Of a stretch of 64,000 nucleotides of DNA, positions 43,292-53,858 are shown piece by piece. The position numbers were made by a program, and so were the translations under genes. The notes under the pieces are model-generated. The model ran no database searches, was not told where the DNA came from, and saw only the letters and a list, made by a program, of their open reading frames with translations. The DNA lies in assembly GCA_963775895.1 (NCBI GenBank), contig CAVZKL010000018.1, positions 1 through 64,000 on the forward strand, read 5' to 3'. The stretch comes from Candidatus Bathyarchaeota archaeon. Its GTDB lineage: Archaea; Thermoproteota; Bathyarchaeia; Bathyarchaeales; Bathycorpusculaceae. The stretch's first letter is position 1; the number at the start of each line of letters is the position of its first letter.

Positions 43292-43689
43292 AAGGTATTT
43301 ACGTTCTCATGATCTCGGTTAGCAGAGACATTAACGTCCAAATTGGCGCTCTAGGTCTTCTGCGTTTTGAAAAGGGTTTGTATGCTTATGTCGGTTCGGC
43401 CCAGAATAATCTTGAAAAGAGGGTAGCTCGCCACCTCGGCAAAGTTAAGAAAAAGTTTTGGCACATAGACTATCTGCTCGGCGATGCAAGAGTAACCGTT
43501 CAAAGAGTCCTTACAAGAGAGTCAGGAAAATCTGAGGAATGTGAACTGGCAGATCAGTTATGTCGAGAAGGTTCCCCGGTTCTAGGTTTTGGTTGTTCAG
43601 ACTGCAAGTGCAAGAGCCACTTGTTCAAGATCAAAGGTTATGAATTCTTAAAGGAACGCATGCATGAAACAGTGGTGGAGTCAGTTTGA
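43288..43689 (+). CDS. GIY-YIG (Uri/DUF123) nuclease family protein
   Basis: KGIYVL...YAYVGSA...RVARH...WHIDYLL...FGCSDCKCKSHL. Confidence 0.9.
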   Translation: MKGIYVLMISVSRDINVQIGALGLLRFEKGLYAYVGSAQNNLEKRVARHLGKVKKKFWHIDYLLGDARVTVQRVLTRESGKSEECELADQLCREGSPVLGFGCSDCKCKSHLFKIKGYEFLKERMHETVVESV

Positions 43690-44264
43690 AGAAACTCTGT
43701 CCAACCGAGACTGGCTGGTGCGTTTGGATCACAGGCTTGCCTGGCAGCGGCAAGTCTGTCGTGTCTGAAGCATTTTTGGCGTTGCTGTCTGAGAATCGTG
43801 TTCCGGCCCAGTTGCTGTCTTCAGACGCGTTACGAAGGGTGATTACGCCCAAACCGACTTACTCTCTGGACGAACGCGAAGTTGTCTATGCGAGTCTCGT
43901 CTACATTGCCAAACTCTTAACACAGAACGGGGTGAATGTGATTATTGATGCTACAGGAAACCTGCGACGCTACCGTGATACTGCGCGAAGACAAATATCA
44001 AGGTTCATCGAAGCCTACCTCAAGTGTCCCCTAGACATTTGCATGGAACGCGAACGCAAGCGGAAAAAGACTTACCACGCTCCGAGGAGAATATACGCTC
44101 AAGCTTTGAAGCGCAAGGGATCAACCGTGCCAGGGGTGGGACAGCCTTACGAAGAGCCTTTGAATCCAGAAATTGTTTTGGACGCCTCTGCTTGCTCACC
44201 ACGAGAGTGCGCTGAAGCGATTTGGAAAAGGATAATGCAGCTGGAGAGCGAAGAAGAGAAGTAG
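43686..44264 (+). CDS. cysC: Adenylylsulfate kinase-like P-loop kinase
   Basis: WITGLPGSGKS, CPLDICMER, PYEEPLNPE. Confidence 0.82.
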   Translation: MKKLCPTETGWCVWITGLPGSGKSVVSEAFLALLSENRVPAQLLSSDALRRVITPKPTYSLDEREVVYASLVYIAKLLTQNGVNVIIDATGNLRRYRDTARRQISRFIEAYLKCPLDICMERERKRKKTYHAPRRIYAQALKRKGSTVPGVGQPYEEPLNPEIVLDASACSPRECAEAIWKRIMQLESEEEK

Positions 44265-44429
44265 CCAGTTGTGCAGCCGAAATTGCTGATTCTCTTGAGC
44301 CCTCCCTGAAAATGATCTCTTCTCTGTTGCCTGAAGAGTGATGTGCAGGTGCTATTTGGCGGAGGTTTCAGTCAAAAAACGGAGTTGAGCTTCTCTAATG
44401 ATACTCGGTGCGCTAGATTGCTGTCGGGC

Positions 44430-45041
44430 TCACAGTTTCTTCACGTAGTCTAGAACGGCTTCTCCCTGTTCTTTCGTTATTTTTGATTCCTGAACAAGCT
44501 TTTGCGCTAGGTCGGTGATCTTGGCCAGGGAGCTGACTTTGTAGCCAAGCTTTTCGAGTTTTTCTTTGCCGCGTTGTTCTCTGTCAACGATGACAAGTAT
44601 GTGTTCAACCTTTGCTCCGAGTTCTTCAAGAGGTTTTATTCCCTCAACTTTGGATAGTCCCTCTGTGACCACGTCGTCAAAAAACAGTATCCGTTCACCT
44701 TTTACGATGTCCGAGCCAGCGGTTCTTCCAGTTGCGCCGTAGCTCTTCGTCTCTTTTCTAACGATCACGCAGGGCATGTTTGTTCGGCATGCGATGCTCG
44801 GAAGCATCAAAGCTCCTTTGAGCTCGATCGTTGCCAGTTTGTCCACTCTGTCCTTGGCTGCAATCTGTTTCACTCGTTCAGCGGCTATGTCGACCAAAGT
44901 GCAAAGGTCTTTCGGCGAAGAAAGCACGGACGCTAGGTCAATGTAATACGGGCTCAGAACCCCCGACTTGAGTCGGAACGTGCCAAACTTCAGGCACCCA
45001 GAATTGAAAAGGGCTCCGGCCACTTCTGACGTGATGTCCAT
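44430..45041 (-). CDS. pyrE: Orotate phosphoribosyltransferase
   Basis: FGTFRLKSGVLSPYYID, VRKETKSYG, FDDVVT. Confidence 0.92.
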   Translation of the reverse strand: MDITSEVAGALFNSGCLKFGTFRLKSGVLSPYYIDLASVLSSPKDLCTLVDIAAERVKQIAAKDRVDKLATIELKGALMLPSIACRTNMPCVIVRKETKSYGATGRTAGSDIVKGERILFFDDVVTEGLSKVEGIKPLEELGAKVEHILVIVDREQRGKEKLEKLGYKVSSLAKITDLAQKLVQESKITKEQGEAVLDYVKKL

Positions 45042-45256
45042 GATTCAATCATCAACAAGATTATGCGCTTGAAGATTTAACGCTTACCAAGAATGTGAAA
45101 AACGCAGACTGGAACGCGTCAACGTTTGCGTTCTGCTAGGGTCGAAATCTTTATTATAACGGGTCTATATTCGTTTGTTGCACTATCAAAAAGGAACGAG
45201 AACAATCGTCAATAACGCATTGTTCAGATTCCTAGAAGACACGAAGCGGAAATACA

Positions 45257-46269
45257 ATGGGACATCGCAAAACACATGCTCCTAGACATGGTTCTCTCGC
45301 TTATCTGCCTAGGAAACGCGCTGAAAGTTTACTGGCTAGAATACGTTTTTGCCCAAGATCGAATCAGAAACGCCCAGGTTGCTGGGTTTTGTAGGCTACA
45401 AAGCCGGTGGGACACATATATTCACGATAGAGGACCGAAAACGTTCACCGAACTTCGGCAAGGAGGTAATCCTTCCAGCAACGATCTTGGACACTCCGCC
45501 CACGATCGTTTGTGCCGTGAAAGCTTACGCCAAAGACATTAATGGTTTACGAACTTTTGCTGAGGCATGGGTCAAGGAGCCTCCGGCCGACTTGGAACGC
45601 GTGTTCACTCTTCCCGAGAATTTCAAGACGGAAGAAGCTTTGAAGAAGATTGAAGAAAGCCTACCGATGGTTGCGAAGATTCGCGTTGTGGTTATCACTC
45701 AACCCAGGGAAACGAGCGTGCCCAAGAAGAAGCCTGATATGGGGGAGGTTGAGGTAGGCGGCGGCACGGTTCAGAAACAGTTCGAGTACGCGAAGAGTCT
45801 TCTCGGTAAAACAATCACGGCCGCGGAGATATTCAAGGAAGGCCAGTTCGTCGATATCGCCTCAGTGTCAACTGGAAAAGGATGGCAAGGACCGGTGAAG
45901 CGCTGGGGAGTCACGATACTTCAGGCTAAGGGAAGGAAGACAAAAAGAGGTGTTGCAACTCTCGGTCCATGGAACCCTCATCACGTAATGTACTCTGTTG
46001 CTCGCGCTGGCCAGATGGGTTTTCATCAGAGAACGGAGTACAATAAGCGAATTCTCAAGATAGGCAAGGATGGGAAGGAAATAACTCCTAAAGGCGGTTT
46101 CCTCCGATACGGTATCGTAAAGGGTCCATACCTTCTTGTTGCGGGAAGCATTGCGGGCACCGAGAAACGACCGATACGACTACGCTATCCGGCCCGTCCG
46201 CCTAGTGGTTTTGCGGAAGAGCCGCCGCAGATAACTCACATATCATTAGAGTCGCCACAAGGAAGATAG
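45257..46269 (+). CDS. rpl3: 50S ribosomal protein L3 (frameshift near 45350)
   Basis: [22 protein letters not shown] from 45257; [27 protein letters not shown]. Confidence 0.96.
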
Positions 46270-46282
46270 GCGGTGCACACTG

Positions 46283-47075
46283 ATGGTCAAGAGGGCAGCG
46301 AAGGTTTTCAACCTCGAGGGAAAACCCGTAGGGAAGATTGAGCTTCCACCAGTTTTCACAACACCGCTCAGGCCAGACGTTATCAAACGCGCGGTTCTCG
46401 CAATACAGTCATCCAGGATTCAGCCGCAGGGCAGAGATCCTATGGCTGGAAAAAGGACAACCGCAGAATCTAGAGGAACAGGCTCAGGAACAGGCCAGAT
46501 TGCCCAGACGTAAGACAGGTGCGGGGAGAGCAGCTTTTGCACCTGGCACGGTCGGTGGAAGACAAGGACACCCGCCTCTTTCAGAGAAGAAGATCCTCAA
46601 GAAAATTCCCAAGAAAGAAAAGAAGCTAGCTTTGTTCTCAGCCATAGCTGCAACAGCTTCAAAAGAACTCGTAGCAAAAAGAGGGCACAACATAGAAGAC
46701 GTTCCTCAGATTCCTCTCATAGTTACCGCCGAACTCGAGGAGTTGAAGAAAACCAAGGAAGTTGAGGAAACTCTCATTCATTTAGGAATCCTGTCCGAAC
46801 TCTTCAGGGTGAGAGAGAGCAGAAAAGTGCGGGCTGGAAGAGGCAAAAGCCGAGGACGAAAGATGAAACAAGCTTCTGGTCCTCTCATAGTGGTGGCAGA
46901 GAACAAAGGGATAATGGAGGCAGCAGGCAACATCCCTGGAGTTGATGTCGCTCTACTAGCAAACCTCAACACCGAAATGCTTGCTCCTGGAACGCATCCC
47001 GGAAGGCTTACCTTGTGGACAAATACCGCGATAGAAGAACTGGCCACGTTGTCAACCAAAGGAGGACGCGCATAA
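46283..47075 (+). CDS. rpl4: 50S ribosomal protein L4 (frameshift near 46490)
   Basis: [35 protein letters not shown]. Confidence 0.95.
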
Positions 47076-47335
47076 TGGACCCTTATGCGGTCATACTTTA
47101 TCCGTTGATGACTGAATCTGCCAGTCTGATGGTTGAAAAAGAAAACAAGCTTGTCTTCGTGGTAGGCATGAAGGCCAACAAATCAGACGTCAAGAGAGCC
47201 GTTGAACAGTTGTACGAAGTGAAAGTCGACGGCGTAAACATCCAGATAACTCCTAACGGAGAGAAGAAAGCTTTCGTGAAACTCAATCCTGAATTCAAAG
47301 CCGCTGACATTGCGATTAGACTGGGAATACTGTAA
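47075..47335 (+). CDS. rpl23: 50S ribosomal protein L23
   Basis: PLMTE, N.LVF.V, KKAFVKL. Confidence 0.96.
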   Translation: MDPYAVILYPLMTESASLMVEKENKLVFVVGMKANKSDVKRAVEQLYEVKVDGVNIQITPNGEKKAFVKLNPEFKAADIAIRLGIL

Positions 47336-47356
47336 GCTGACATGGAGGACTGTTTG

Positions 47357-48136
47357 GTGGGAAAGAGAATTCGGGTTCAAAGGCGTGGACGTGGCGGTTC
47401 CACATTTCGCGCTTCAACGCACAAGAGAGTGGCACCGTCGAAATACCCTGCGAGTACGAAAGTGAAGGAAAGTTTTGACACATTGGTGACCGGTGTCATC
47501 GAGGAATTGGTTCACGATCCAGGCCGAGGAACACCGTTGGGCTTTGTCAGGTTTAGCAGCGGCGAAGTCTTCTACACCGTGGTTCCTGAAGGGGTTTTCG
47601 AAGGGAAACGGATTCAGTTCGGAGGGAAAGCCGTGGTTGACGTCGGCAACATTCTGCCGATCGGCAAGATCCCTGAAGGCACAATGATTTGCAACATTGA
47701 GCTTCGCCCAGGTGATGGGGGCAAACTGTCAAAATCATCAGGTTCGTACGCTACGGTTGTCACGCACACACCTAACGGAACGATAATCAAGCTGCCGTCT
47801 GGGAAGACAAAGTACGTTGCAGACTACTGCAGAGCAACCATCGGCGTCGTGTCGGGTTCTGGCAGGACTGACAAGCCGTTCTTGAAGTCAGGAACGAAGT
47901 TCCATTTGATGAGGGCAAGAGGACGCAAGTATCCACGGACCAGCGGAAGGAAGATGGTGGCTGCAGTGCACCCGTATGGAAGCAGCAAGAGAAGCGCACG
48001 CAAGGCAACTACCACTTCGCACGGTGCACCGCCGGGACAAAAAGTCGGACTTATCGCAGCCAGAGGAACAGGAAGGAAAGCAAAGAGTGCGCGTGACAAA
48101 GACAAGATCAGTAGACAATCAGAAGGAGAAAGTTAA
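47357..48136 (+). CDS. rpl2: 50S ribosomal protein L2
   Basis: GKRIRVQRRGRG, HDPGR, NIELRPGDGG, PPGQKVGLIAAR. Confidence 0.96.
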   Translation: MGKRIRVQRRGRGGSTFRASTHKRVAPSKYPASTKVKESFDTLVTGVIEELVHDPGRGTPLGFVRFSSGEVFYTVVPEGVFEGKRIQFGGKAVVDVGNILPIGKIPEGTMICNIELRPGDGGKLSKSSGSYATVVTHTPNGTIIKLPSGKTKYVADYCRATIGVVSGSGRTDKPFLKSGTKFHLMRARGRKYPRTSGRKMVAAVHPYGSSKRSARKATTTSHGAPPGQKVGLIAARGTGRKAKSARDKDKISRQSEGES

Positions 48137-48169
48137 TAGCATTAAGAACTACGGATCAGGTGAAGAAGA

Positions 48170-48574
48170 ATGCCGAAAGAATTCACGTATCGCGGACTGA
48201 ACTTAAGCCAGCTGCAAGGCATGTCGATGGACGAGTTCATAGATCTTCTGCCCTCGCGCCAGAGAAGGAGTCTCCATCGCGGTCTTCAACCCGAACAGAG
48301 AATACTTCTTGAAAAGGTCAGGAAGGCGAGAGAGGAGTTTCGAAATGGAGGCAGCCCATCCGTCAAGACGCACGTACGCAACATGATTATTCTTCCCGAA
48401 ATGATCGGCTTGACGATCGGAGTTCACAATGGCAAAGACTTCGTGCAAGTTGAAATAAAACCCGAGATGATCGGCCACTACTTGGGCGAATTTGCGGTCA
48501 CAAACAAGCCTGTGAGGCATGGAACCCCAGGCATAGGTGCTTCTCGTTCTTCAATGTACGTTCCGCTGAAATAA
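48170..48574 (+). CDS. rps19: 30S ribosomal protein S19
   Basis: [34 protein letters not shown]. Confidence 0.97.
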   Translation: MPKEFTYRGLNLSQLQGMSMDEFIDLLPSRQRRSLHRGLQPEQRILLEKVRKAREEFRNGGSPSVKTHVRNMIILPEMIGLTIGVHNGKDFVQVEIKPEMIGHYLGEFAVTNKPVRHGTPGIGASRSSMYVPLK

Positions 48575-48588
48575 CTTTTCTCAACTTT

Positions 48589-49026
48589 CTAAGTGGTGTA
48601 ATCTCTGCCAGATGATTTGCTTACGGCCTGCTTGACTTCACTCACCTGAGGCAATGGAATGGGCGGCGGAATATTCAACGTCTTAGAAATGAGAATTGAT
48701 TCGGTCAGGGCAACGTTGGAAACTGACTGCAAGACGACAGGTGGCGGCGGTTTCTTGTCCTCATAATCCTTGTACGCCTTGTCGATCTCTGCCTTGTCTC
48801 CAATAACGAATGCCATGCCCTTCAGGTTTATCTGAGCGACCGAAGGATTGTAGCTTATCGTTAAAACGAACGGAACCTCAAGGGAATTGTCTGGTTTTCT
48901 CTCCATCTGTGTGAGGTTTAGGTTCGTGTTTATTTGAATTTGAGGGAGAGGTTTTCTAATATCCTGAAAGCGTTCGGCTGAGATGCTTGATACGGTAACG
49001 TTTACTCTTAGCATTTCTTGAATCAT
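48589..49026 (-). CDS. Conserved archaeal hypothetical protein (SecB-like fold possible)
   Basis: ISAER, F..TISYNPSVAQINLKG, C-terminal IPPPIPLP. Confidence 0.7.
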   Translation of the reverse strand: MIQEMLRVNVTVSSISAERFQDIRKPLPQIQINTNLNLTQMERKPDNSLEVPFVLTISYNPSVAQINLKGMAFVIGDKAEIDKAYKDYEDKKPPPPVVLQSVSNVALTESILISKTLNIPPPIPLPQVSEVKQAVSKSSGRDYTT

Positions 49027-49063
49027 CAGAAGGTTATCAAAGCTTCGGACGATTTAAAGCTGT

Positions 49064-49384
49064 TCATTCCTTGGCAGGCTTGTACTTCGTAAACCCGCAG
49101 TGCCCACAGGTGTATCTGTTACCATGATCTGCCATGAAATAGCCTAGTCCGCATCTTTCACATGTTGGGCGAAGTCGAACAACCTTGTCATTTTCAACCT
49201 TGTAGAGTTTGAAGACGCCTTTCTCTTCTTTCTTTTTTTTCTCTGGTTTAGGGGCTTTCTCTGCTTTTGCTGGTTTTGCCTCTTCCTTGGGTGCCTCGAC
49301 TTGTGGTGGTGCTACTTCCTTCTTTGCTTCCTTCTTGGGTTCTTCCTTTTTTGCTGCTTCTTTCTTGTCAGGTTTCTTCGACAT
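49064..49384 (-). CDS. rps27ae: 30S ribosomal protein S27ae with K/E/A/P-rich N-terminal extension
   Basis: CERCGLGYFMADH.NRYTCGHCG. Confidence 0.93.
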   Translation of the reverse strand: MSKKPDKKEAAKKEEPKKEAKKEVAPPQVEAPKEEAKPAKAEKAPKPEKKKKEEKGVFKLYKVENDKVVRLRPTCERCGLGYFMADHGNRYTCGHCGFTKYKPAKE

Positions 49385-49392
49385 TGGCTAGG

Positions 49393-49707
49393 TTACTCCT
49401 TCTTTCCTTCCTCTGTTGGTTTGGGAGGAGGTGGAACGTTTCTCTTGATTACGTATTCTGGTTCGATGAGTTTTGCCTGATCGGCAGAATCGTAAAGGTT
49501 TGCCACTCCAAGGGCGGTGTGCATTCCGGGTCGTGTTTCAAACTTTTTGACAAAAAGTAAGTCGACATTTGCCCTTAAAGCGTCTGCAACTGCCCGTCTG
49601 ATTTCAGGTCTTGGTGGAGTCGCGCTTGCAACGTGGGTGACGTCGAAGCGGATTTCCTTTCGTTTCAATAAGGGGTTGTCTTTCTGTGAGAGTATTTTGA
49701 TTTCCAT
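49393..49707 (-). CDS. rps24e: 30S ribosomal protein S24e
   Basis: NPLLKRKE, TP.R, EPEYVIKRN. Confidence 0.94.
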   Translation of the reverse strand: MEIKILSQKDNPLLKRKEIRFDVTHVASATPPRPEIRRAVADALRANVDLLFVKKFETRPGMHTALGVANLYDSADQAKLIEPEYVIKRNVPPPPKPTEEGKKE

Positions 49708-49761
49708 GACGTTTCTCCGTTTGTGGTGTTGACTTGATGTTGCACGCTCTTATTTAGCTTT

Positions 49762-50283
49762 TTAGGGAACTTCCATCGACTCCAAGATGTGAGCGATTTC
49801 TGCTTTTTTGTCCGCTGTAACTTTGATCACAACTATCCCCTCGTCTGGTTGTCCGTATATCACGTACGAGTTTTCAGGGGCATGAGCAACGGCAACGAGG
49901 GTTAGCAGGTCTTCTTCGCCGTCAACGACAATCTTGAAGCTTTCATGGTTTTTCAGGGCGTCTTCCACCGCTGTTTCCGCCTCTTCGGTGATCGTTCCTC
50001 GAGGGTTTGTGACGTAGACCGTTCTGTCGGCGAGCAGTCTTGGTGGTCTGGTGCTTTTTCTCTTGGACTTGTTGTCTATTATCAAGAGCTTGGGGGCAAA
50101 ACCGTTTCTTGCAAGGTTTTTGGAGACGGTGTCACCGACGGCGATTATGTTCGGCGGGTCATCTTCTGCAACCATGTCCTTGAGTCTTTTCATCGTCTCG
50201 ACGAAGGATCCTCTTATCAGAATTCCCAGAGGGTGCTTTAGAGCGGTTCGCAGCTGTGGTGTAAGACGGAGTTTAACGGGCAT
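49762..50283 (-). CDS. GTP-dependent dephospho-CoA kinase (DUF359)
   Basis: AVGD, NPRGTI, VDGEEDL, YGQP.EG; conserved position next to rps24e. Confidence 0.9.
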   Translation of the reverse strand: MPVKLRLTPQLRTALKHPLGILIRGSFVETMKRLKDMVAEDDPPNIIAVGDTVSKNLARNGFAPKLLIIDNKSKRKSTRPPRLLADRTVYVTNPRGTITEEAETAVEDALKNHESFKIVVDGEEDLLTLVAVAHAPENSYVIYGQPDEGIVVIKVTADKKAEIAHILESMEVP

Positions 50284-50284
50284 T

Positions 50285-50470
50285 TCATCTGACCCTTAAA
50301 GCGTAACGTCCTTTCTCTTTTATGTTCATTGCCTTGGCGATGGCTGAACTTTCAGGGTCGAAAACTATAGCCAAGCCGCTGTAATCGTCGCTAAGACTGG
50401 TCGATTTGCATTTTGGGCAAACGTTTTCTTTCGTGAGGAAGTGGCAGTTTGTGCAGGCTTTCTCGCTCAT
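50285..50470 (-). CDS. spt4: Transcription elongation factor Spt4 (RpoE'')
   Basis: ACTNC...CPKC, S.IAK, GRYALRVR. Confidence 0.95.
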   Translation of the reverse strand: MSEKACTNCHFLTKENVCPKCKSTSLSDDYSGLAIVFDPESSAIAKAMNIKEKGRYALRVR

Positions 50471-51066
50471 TTGGTTTCACCCTTCTTCTCTGGAGGCTTC
50501 TTCTTTTCCGCTGCCTCTTTCATCTTTTGAAGGTCGGAATCAATCCATTCTAGCTTTCCAAGAAAGGGTTGCCTGGCTGTTACGCCGATCTTGCCTGAAC
50601 TTCCAGCTCGTCCGAGGGAGACTGCGGTTACGCGTACGCGGACTTGGTCCCCGCTCATTAGCCTGCGTTTTGATTCTTTTCCGAGGAGAACTCCCTGTTT
50701 TTCGTCGTAGGATATGAAGTCGTCCATGAGTTGTGAAACGTGAAGGAGGGCGTCGATCGGGCCTATGCGAACGAAGGCGCCGAAGTCGGCGATTTCGACT
50801 ACTTCTCCTTCGACTACTTCTTGGATTTTGGGGTAGAATGTTAACAGTGAGAAGTTGACTCTGTGATAAGTTGCGCCATCGCCGGGGATTATCTTGCCAA
50901 TGGAGCTTACTTTCACTTCTGTCACGGCTATTACGTAGCCAAGCTCCTCGTCGACAACACCCTCGTATTTCGCCTTGACCTGCTGGTATCCCACCGCTTC
51001 TAGTGGGTTGCCAAACGTGTTAGGCGGAATCCTGATCGTGTCTTCCATCGTTATAAGTTTAAACAG
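50467..51066 (-). CDS. rpoE1: RNA polymerase subunit E' (Rpo7), probable CTG start at 51066
   Basis: (M)FKLITMEDTIRIPP, S1 domain FGAFVRIGP.DALLH.SQ, RQPFLGK. Confidence 0.95.
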   Translation of the reverse strand: MFKLITMEDTIRIPPNTFGNPLEAVGYQQVKAKYEGVVDEELGYVIAVTEVKVSSIGKIIPGDGATYHRVNFSLLTFYPKIQEVVEGEVVEIADFGAFVRIGPIDALLHVSQLMDDFISYDEKQGVLLGKESKRRLMSGDQVRVRVTAVSLGRAGSSGKIGVTARQPFLGKLEWIDSDLQKMKEAAEKKKPPEKKGETK

Positions 51067-51069
51067 GGA

Positions 51070-51495
51070 CTAAATCCTCCCATCAATAGCCAAACGTGAC
51101 TTTTGTCTCACATAGATAACTGGCACATTTATATCTCTTAGCCTGTTGCGAAGTTGCCTGTCATTCGTGAAAACCGGGTACCCGTATTTGCGGGCTGCTT
51201 GAAGAACTGAATCGTCTGTGGAGTCCTCTTTGCGCGGGCCCGTTTCAAGCAATGCACATCTTTCGGCCAGTTGCAGGGCAATAGCTGCTCTTTTCCTCGT
51301 CTCAAGCCTGCCTCGCAAGGCAATCATCTCGAGCTCCCTCTTGACCGATGGGAGTAAGACAAGCTCAAAGTTCCTGTTCAACAGGTTTTTGAGTTCTTCA
51401 AAGATATCAATGTTAAACTGCAGTGGAACAAACAGTGCGTTTGAGTCAAGAATGATTTTTAGTTTCTTCCTCGCAGATTTGGACTCTTTCGTCAT
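51070..51495 (-). CDS. PIN domain protein (Fcf1/Utp24-like)
   Basis: ILDSNAL, DD, TND..LR. Confidence 0.88.
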   Translation of the reverse strand: MTKESKSARKKLKIILDSNALFVPLQFNIDIFEELKNLLNRNFELVLLPSVKRELEMIALRGRLETRKRAAIALQLAERCALLETGPRKEDSTDDSVLQAARKYGYPVFTNDRQLRNRLRDINVPVIYVRQKSRLAIDGRI

Positions 51496-51667
51496 TTTGT
51501 CTTGTCAATCCAAAAGGTCTGAGGGCATTTGCTTGCTCATATTCTTATGTCTTTGTCCGTTTATGAATGAAGGATCGACGCATGTTGTAACGGCCTGATT
51601 TATCGGAGGGGGGCGTGCGCCATGAACGAACTAGATCACACCTTAAATACCTCAAGTACGAGAGACT

Positions 51668-52574
51668 TTGTCCATGGGGTACCAATCGCGGGCAGGGTCA
51701 CGACGAGATTCTGGCAGAGGGCATGGAATTCCGAGACATGAAAAGGCCAAAGGCAAAACCACGGGACACAAACATCGATCCAGTGAGAGGTACAATTTGG
51801 AGGAGAACCAGGTTGCGACCCAGGAAGAGGTTGTTACTGGAACTCTCAACAGGCTTCGTAACCTAGGAAACCAGAGATTTGTCCTTTCGCCGTTCAGTGA
51901 GTATTTCAACGACTGGTTGACAAGCCTAAAAAACGTAATGTCCGAGTTTGAGTCAAATCCCATCATAAGCTTGGATGAACAATTCGTCGAAGAGCGTTCG
52001 CAAATACTCTCGAATGTTGAGGTTGAACTTCAGAAAAGACAACAGAAGGAGTCATCTCGTGAGGGAATTGTCAAGAGTCTCTCTGAAAATAGACTTTTTC
52101 TTGAACGAATCGAAGCAGAATACGCTGCTAGAACGAGAGAGATCAAAGTACAGAAGAATAACGAAATCAAGCGTGTGTCCCGCAAAATCGATGATCTCAA
52201 AGAAGAATTGGATCGCACAACTCGAATAAAAACCGGCATCTTCCGAGCAGTCTCGAAAAAGGCAAAAGCCCAAAAAGTGGCCAGAAGCAACTCAAAGACT
52301 GAAGACCGCACGAGAGGAGCTCGCATCAGTCATGGAGCGAGAAACTGTTGAGCAAGAGAGGCTCAGAGAAGAGAAGGAAAGAAGGAAGCAACCCATCATC
52401 GAACAGGTTCGAGATCAGGAGAAAGTGGTTGAGAGCCAAGAAATCGATGACTCGCTGGAGGCCAGGCGAGTTGCATGCGAATCTCTGATCAAGTCAGTGA
52501 ATATGCTTCTCCAGAGAAAAAGTTCGCTCGCTTCACTAAAGTCGTGTTTACTTTATTATTCCAAAACCTATTAA
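51668..52574 (+). CDS. Coiled-coil hypothetical protein (frameshift near 52280)
   Basis: [18 protein letters not shown] followed by long E/K/R heptads; continues in ORF 52332-52574. Confidence 0.6.
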
Positions 52575-53793
52575 TCGCCATCTTCCTGAGATTTTTCTGC
52601 TCAGTGCAACTCTTGATCCGGGTTGCACACAGACTGGACGGGTGAGCTTGATTTGAACGCTGCTCTTTCTCGATCGAGGACACTTTTCCGACGCTTATGG
52701 CGGCGCCCACGTGTAGAAGAAGAGTTTCGTTCATTGCTACCTGTTCAATCTTCGTGAGCTCTTTTGTGCCCACTGCCGTGTCAAGAATCTGCGTTTCTAA
52801 TAGCAATTCAGAAGTCGTCGGTGGTAACATGCCTGCTTTTCCTGCGATGTTACCGATGAGGCTGTCCGCTTTGGAGTACGATGGATCCAGCAGCGTACCG
52901 ATTCCCACCAGTCCGCCGCAACGCGCCTCAGTGACGCCTCTTCCGCCAGCTTTTAGGCTTACAACTTCGCTGAACAGCGGTTCGTACGTGTTTCTTCCCT
53001 CCACTGGGATTCCAGGTCGTATTTCGATTTCGTCTCCAACGCTGAATTTTCCTTGCACTATGGTTCCTCCAAGAACCCCTCCTGCGAGTTCGTCGATTTC
53101 AGTTCCTGGTTTGTTAATGTCGAATGAACGCACTATGTACATGAATGGCGGTTTTGTTTCATCCCTTTTTGGCGTGGGTATGAACTGTTCCATTGCGTTG
53201 AGAAGGACGTCTATGTTGACTCCTCGTTGAGCAGAAATCGGGATCACCGGAGCGTTTTCAGCCACGGTTCCCTTTACAAAGTGCTCGATCTCAGAGTAGC
53301 TCTGATGTGCCCTCTTCTCGTTGACGATGTCGATTTTGTTTTGAACGACGATGATGTTCTTTATTCCGATTGCTTGTGCGGCAGCCAAATGCTCTCGGGT
53401 TTGCGGTTGAGGGCACGGTTCGTCTGCAGCGATCACCAGTAACGCGCCATCCATTATGGCGGCCCCTGAAAGCATGGTTGCCATCAACGCTTCATGCCCG
53501 GGTGCATCTACAAAACTCACCGCGCGCACAAAAACTGCTTTTGTTCCACACGCGGGGCAGGTCGGTTCTGTCGTGTAGTTTTTTGGCGGTTCGCACTTTG
53601 GACATTTGTACACTGGCATGTCTGCGTAGCCGAGTTTTATCGTGATGCCTCTTTTCAGTTCTTCGCTGTGTCTTGAGGCCCAGACACCTGTTAGCGCTTG
53701 AACCAATGTCGTTTTGCCGTGATCAACATGTCCTATCGTGCCTACATTGACTTCGGGTTGACGAGGCAAAGGTGCACGTTCTTCGTTGCTCAT
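52548..53793 (-). CDS. eif2g: Translation initiation factor aIF2 gamma (frameshift near 52660)
   Basis: [29 protein letters not shown]; shifted C-terminus [11 protein letters not shown] ending 52548. Confidence 0.96.
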
Positions 53794-53858
53794 TCTCTAT
53801 TTTCCTACAAATGTGAACAAATTATTGAAGGATTAGAATTACTGCTGTTAATAAACAA

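Noticed and set aside
43288-43689. GIY-YIG gene as a homing endonuclease or mobile element
   Set aside because: Matches the short chromosomal DUF123 type; no intron, intein or terminal repeats
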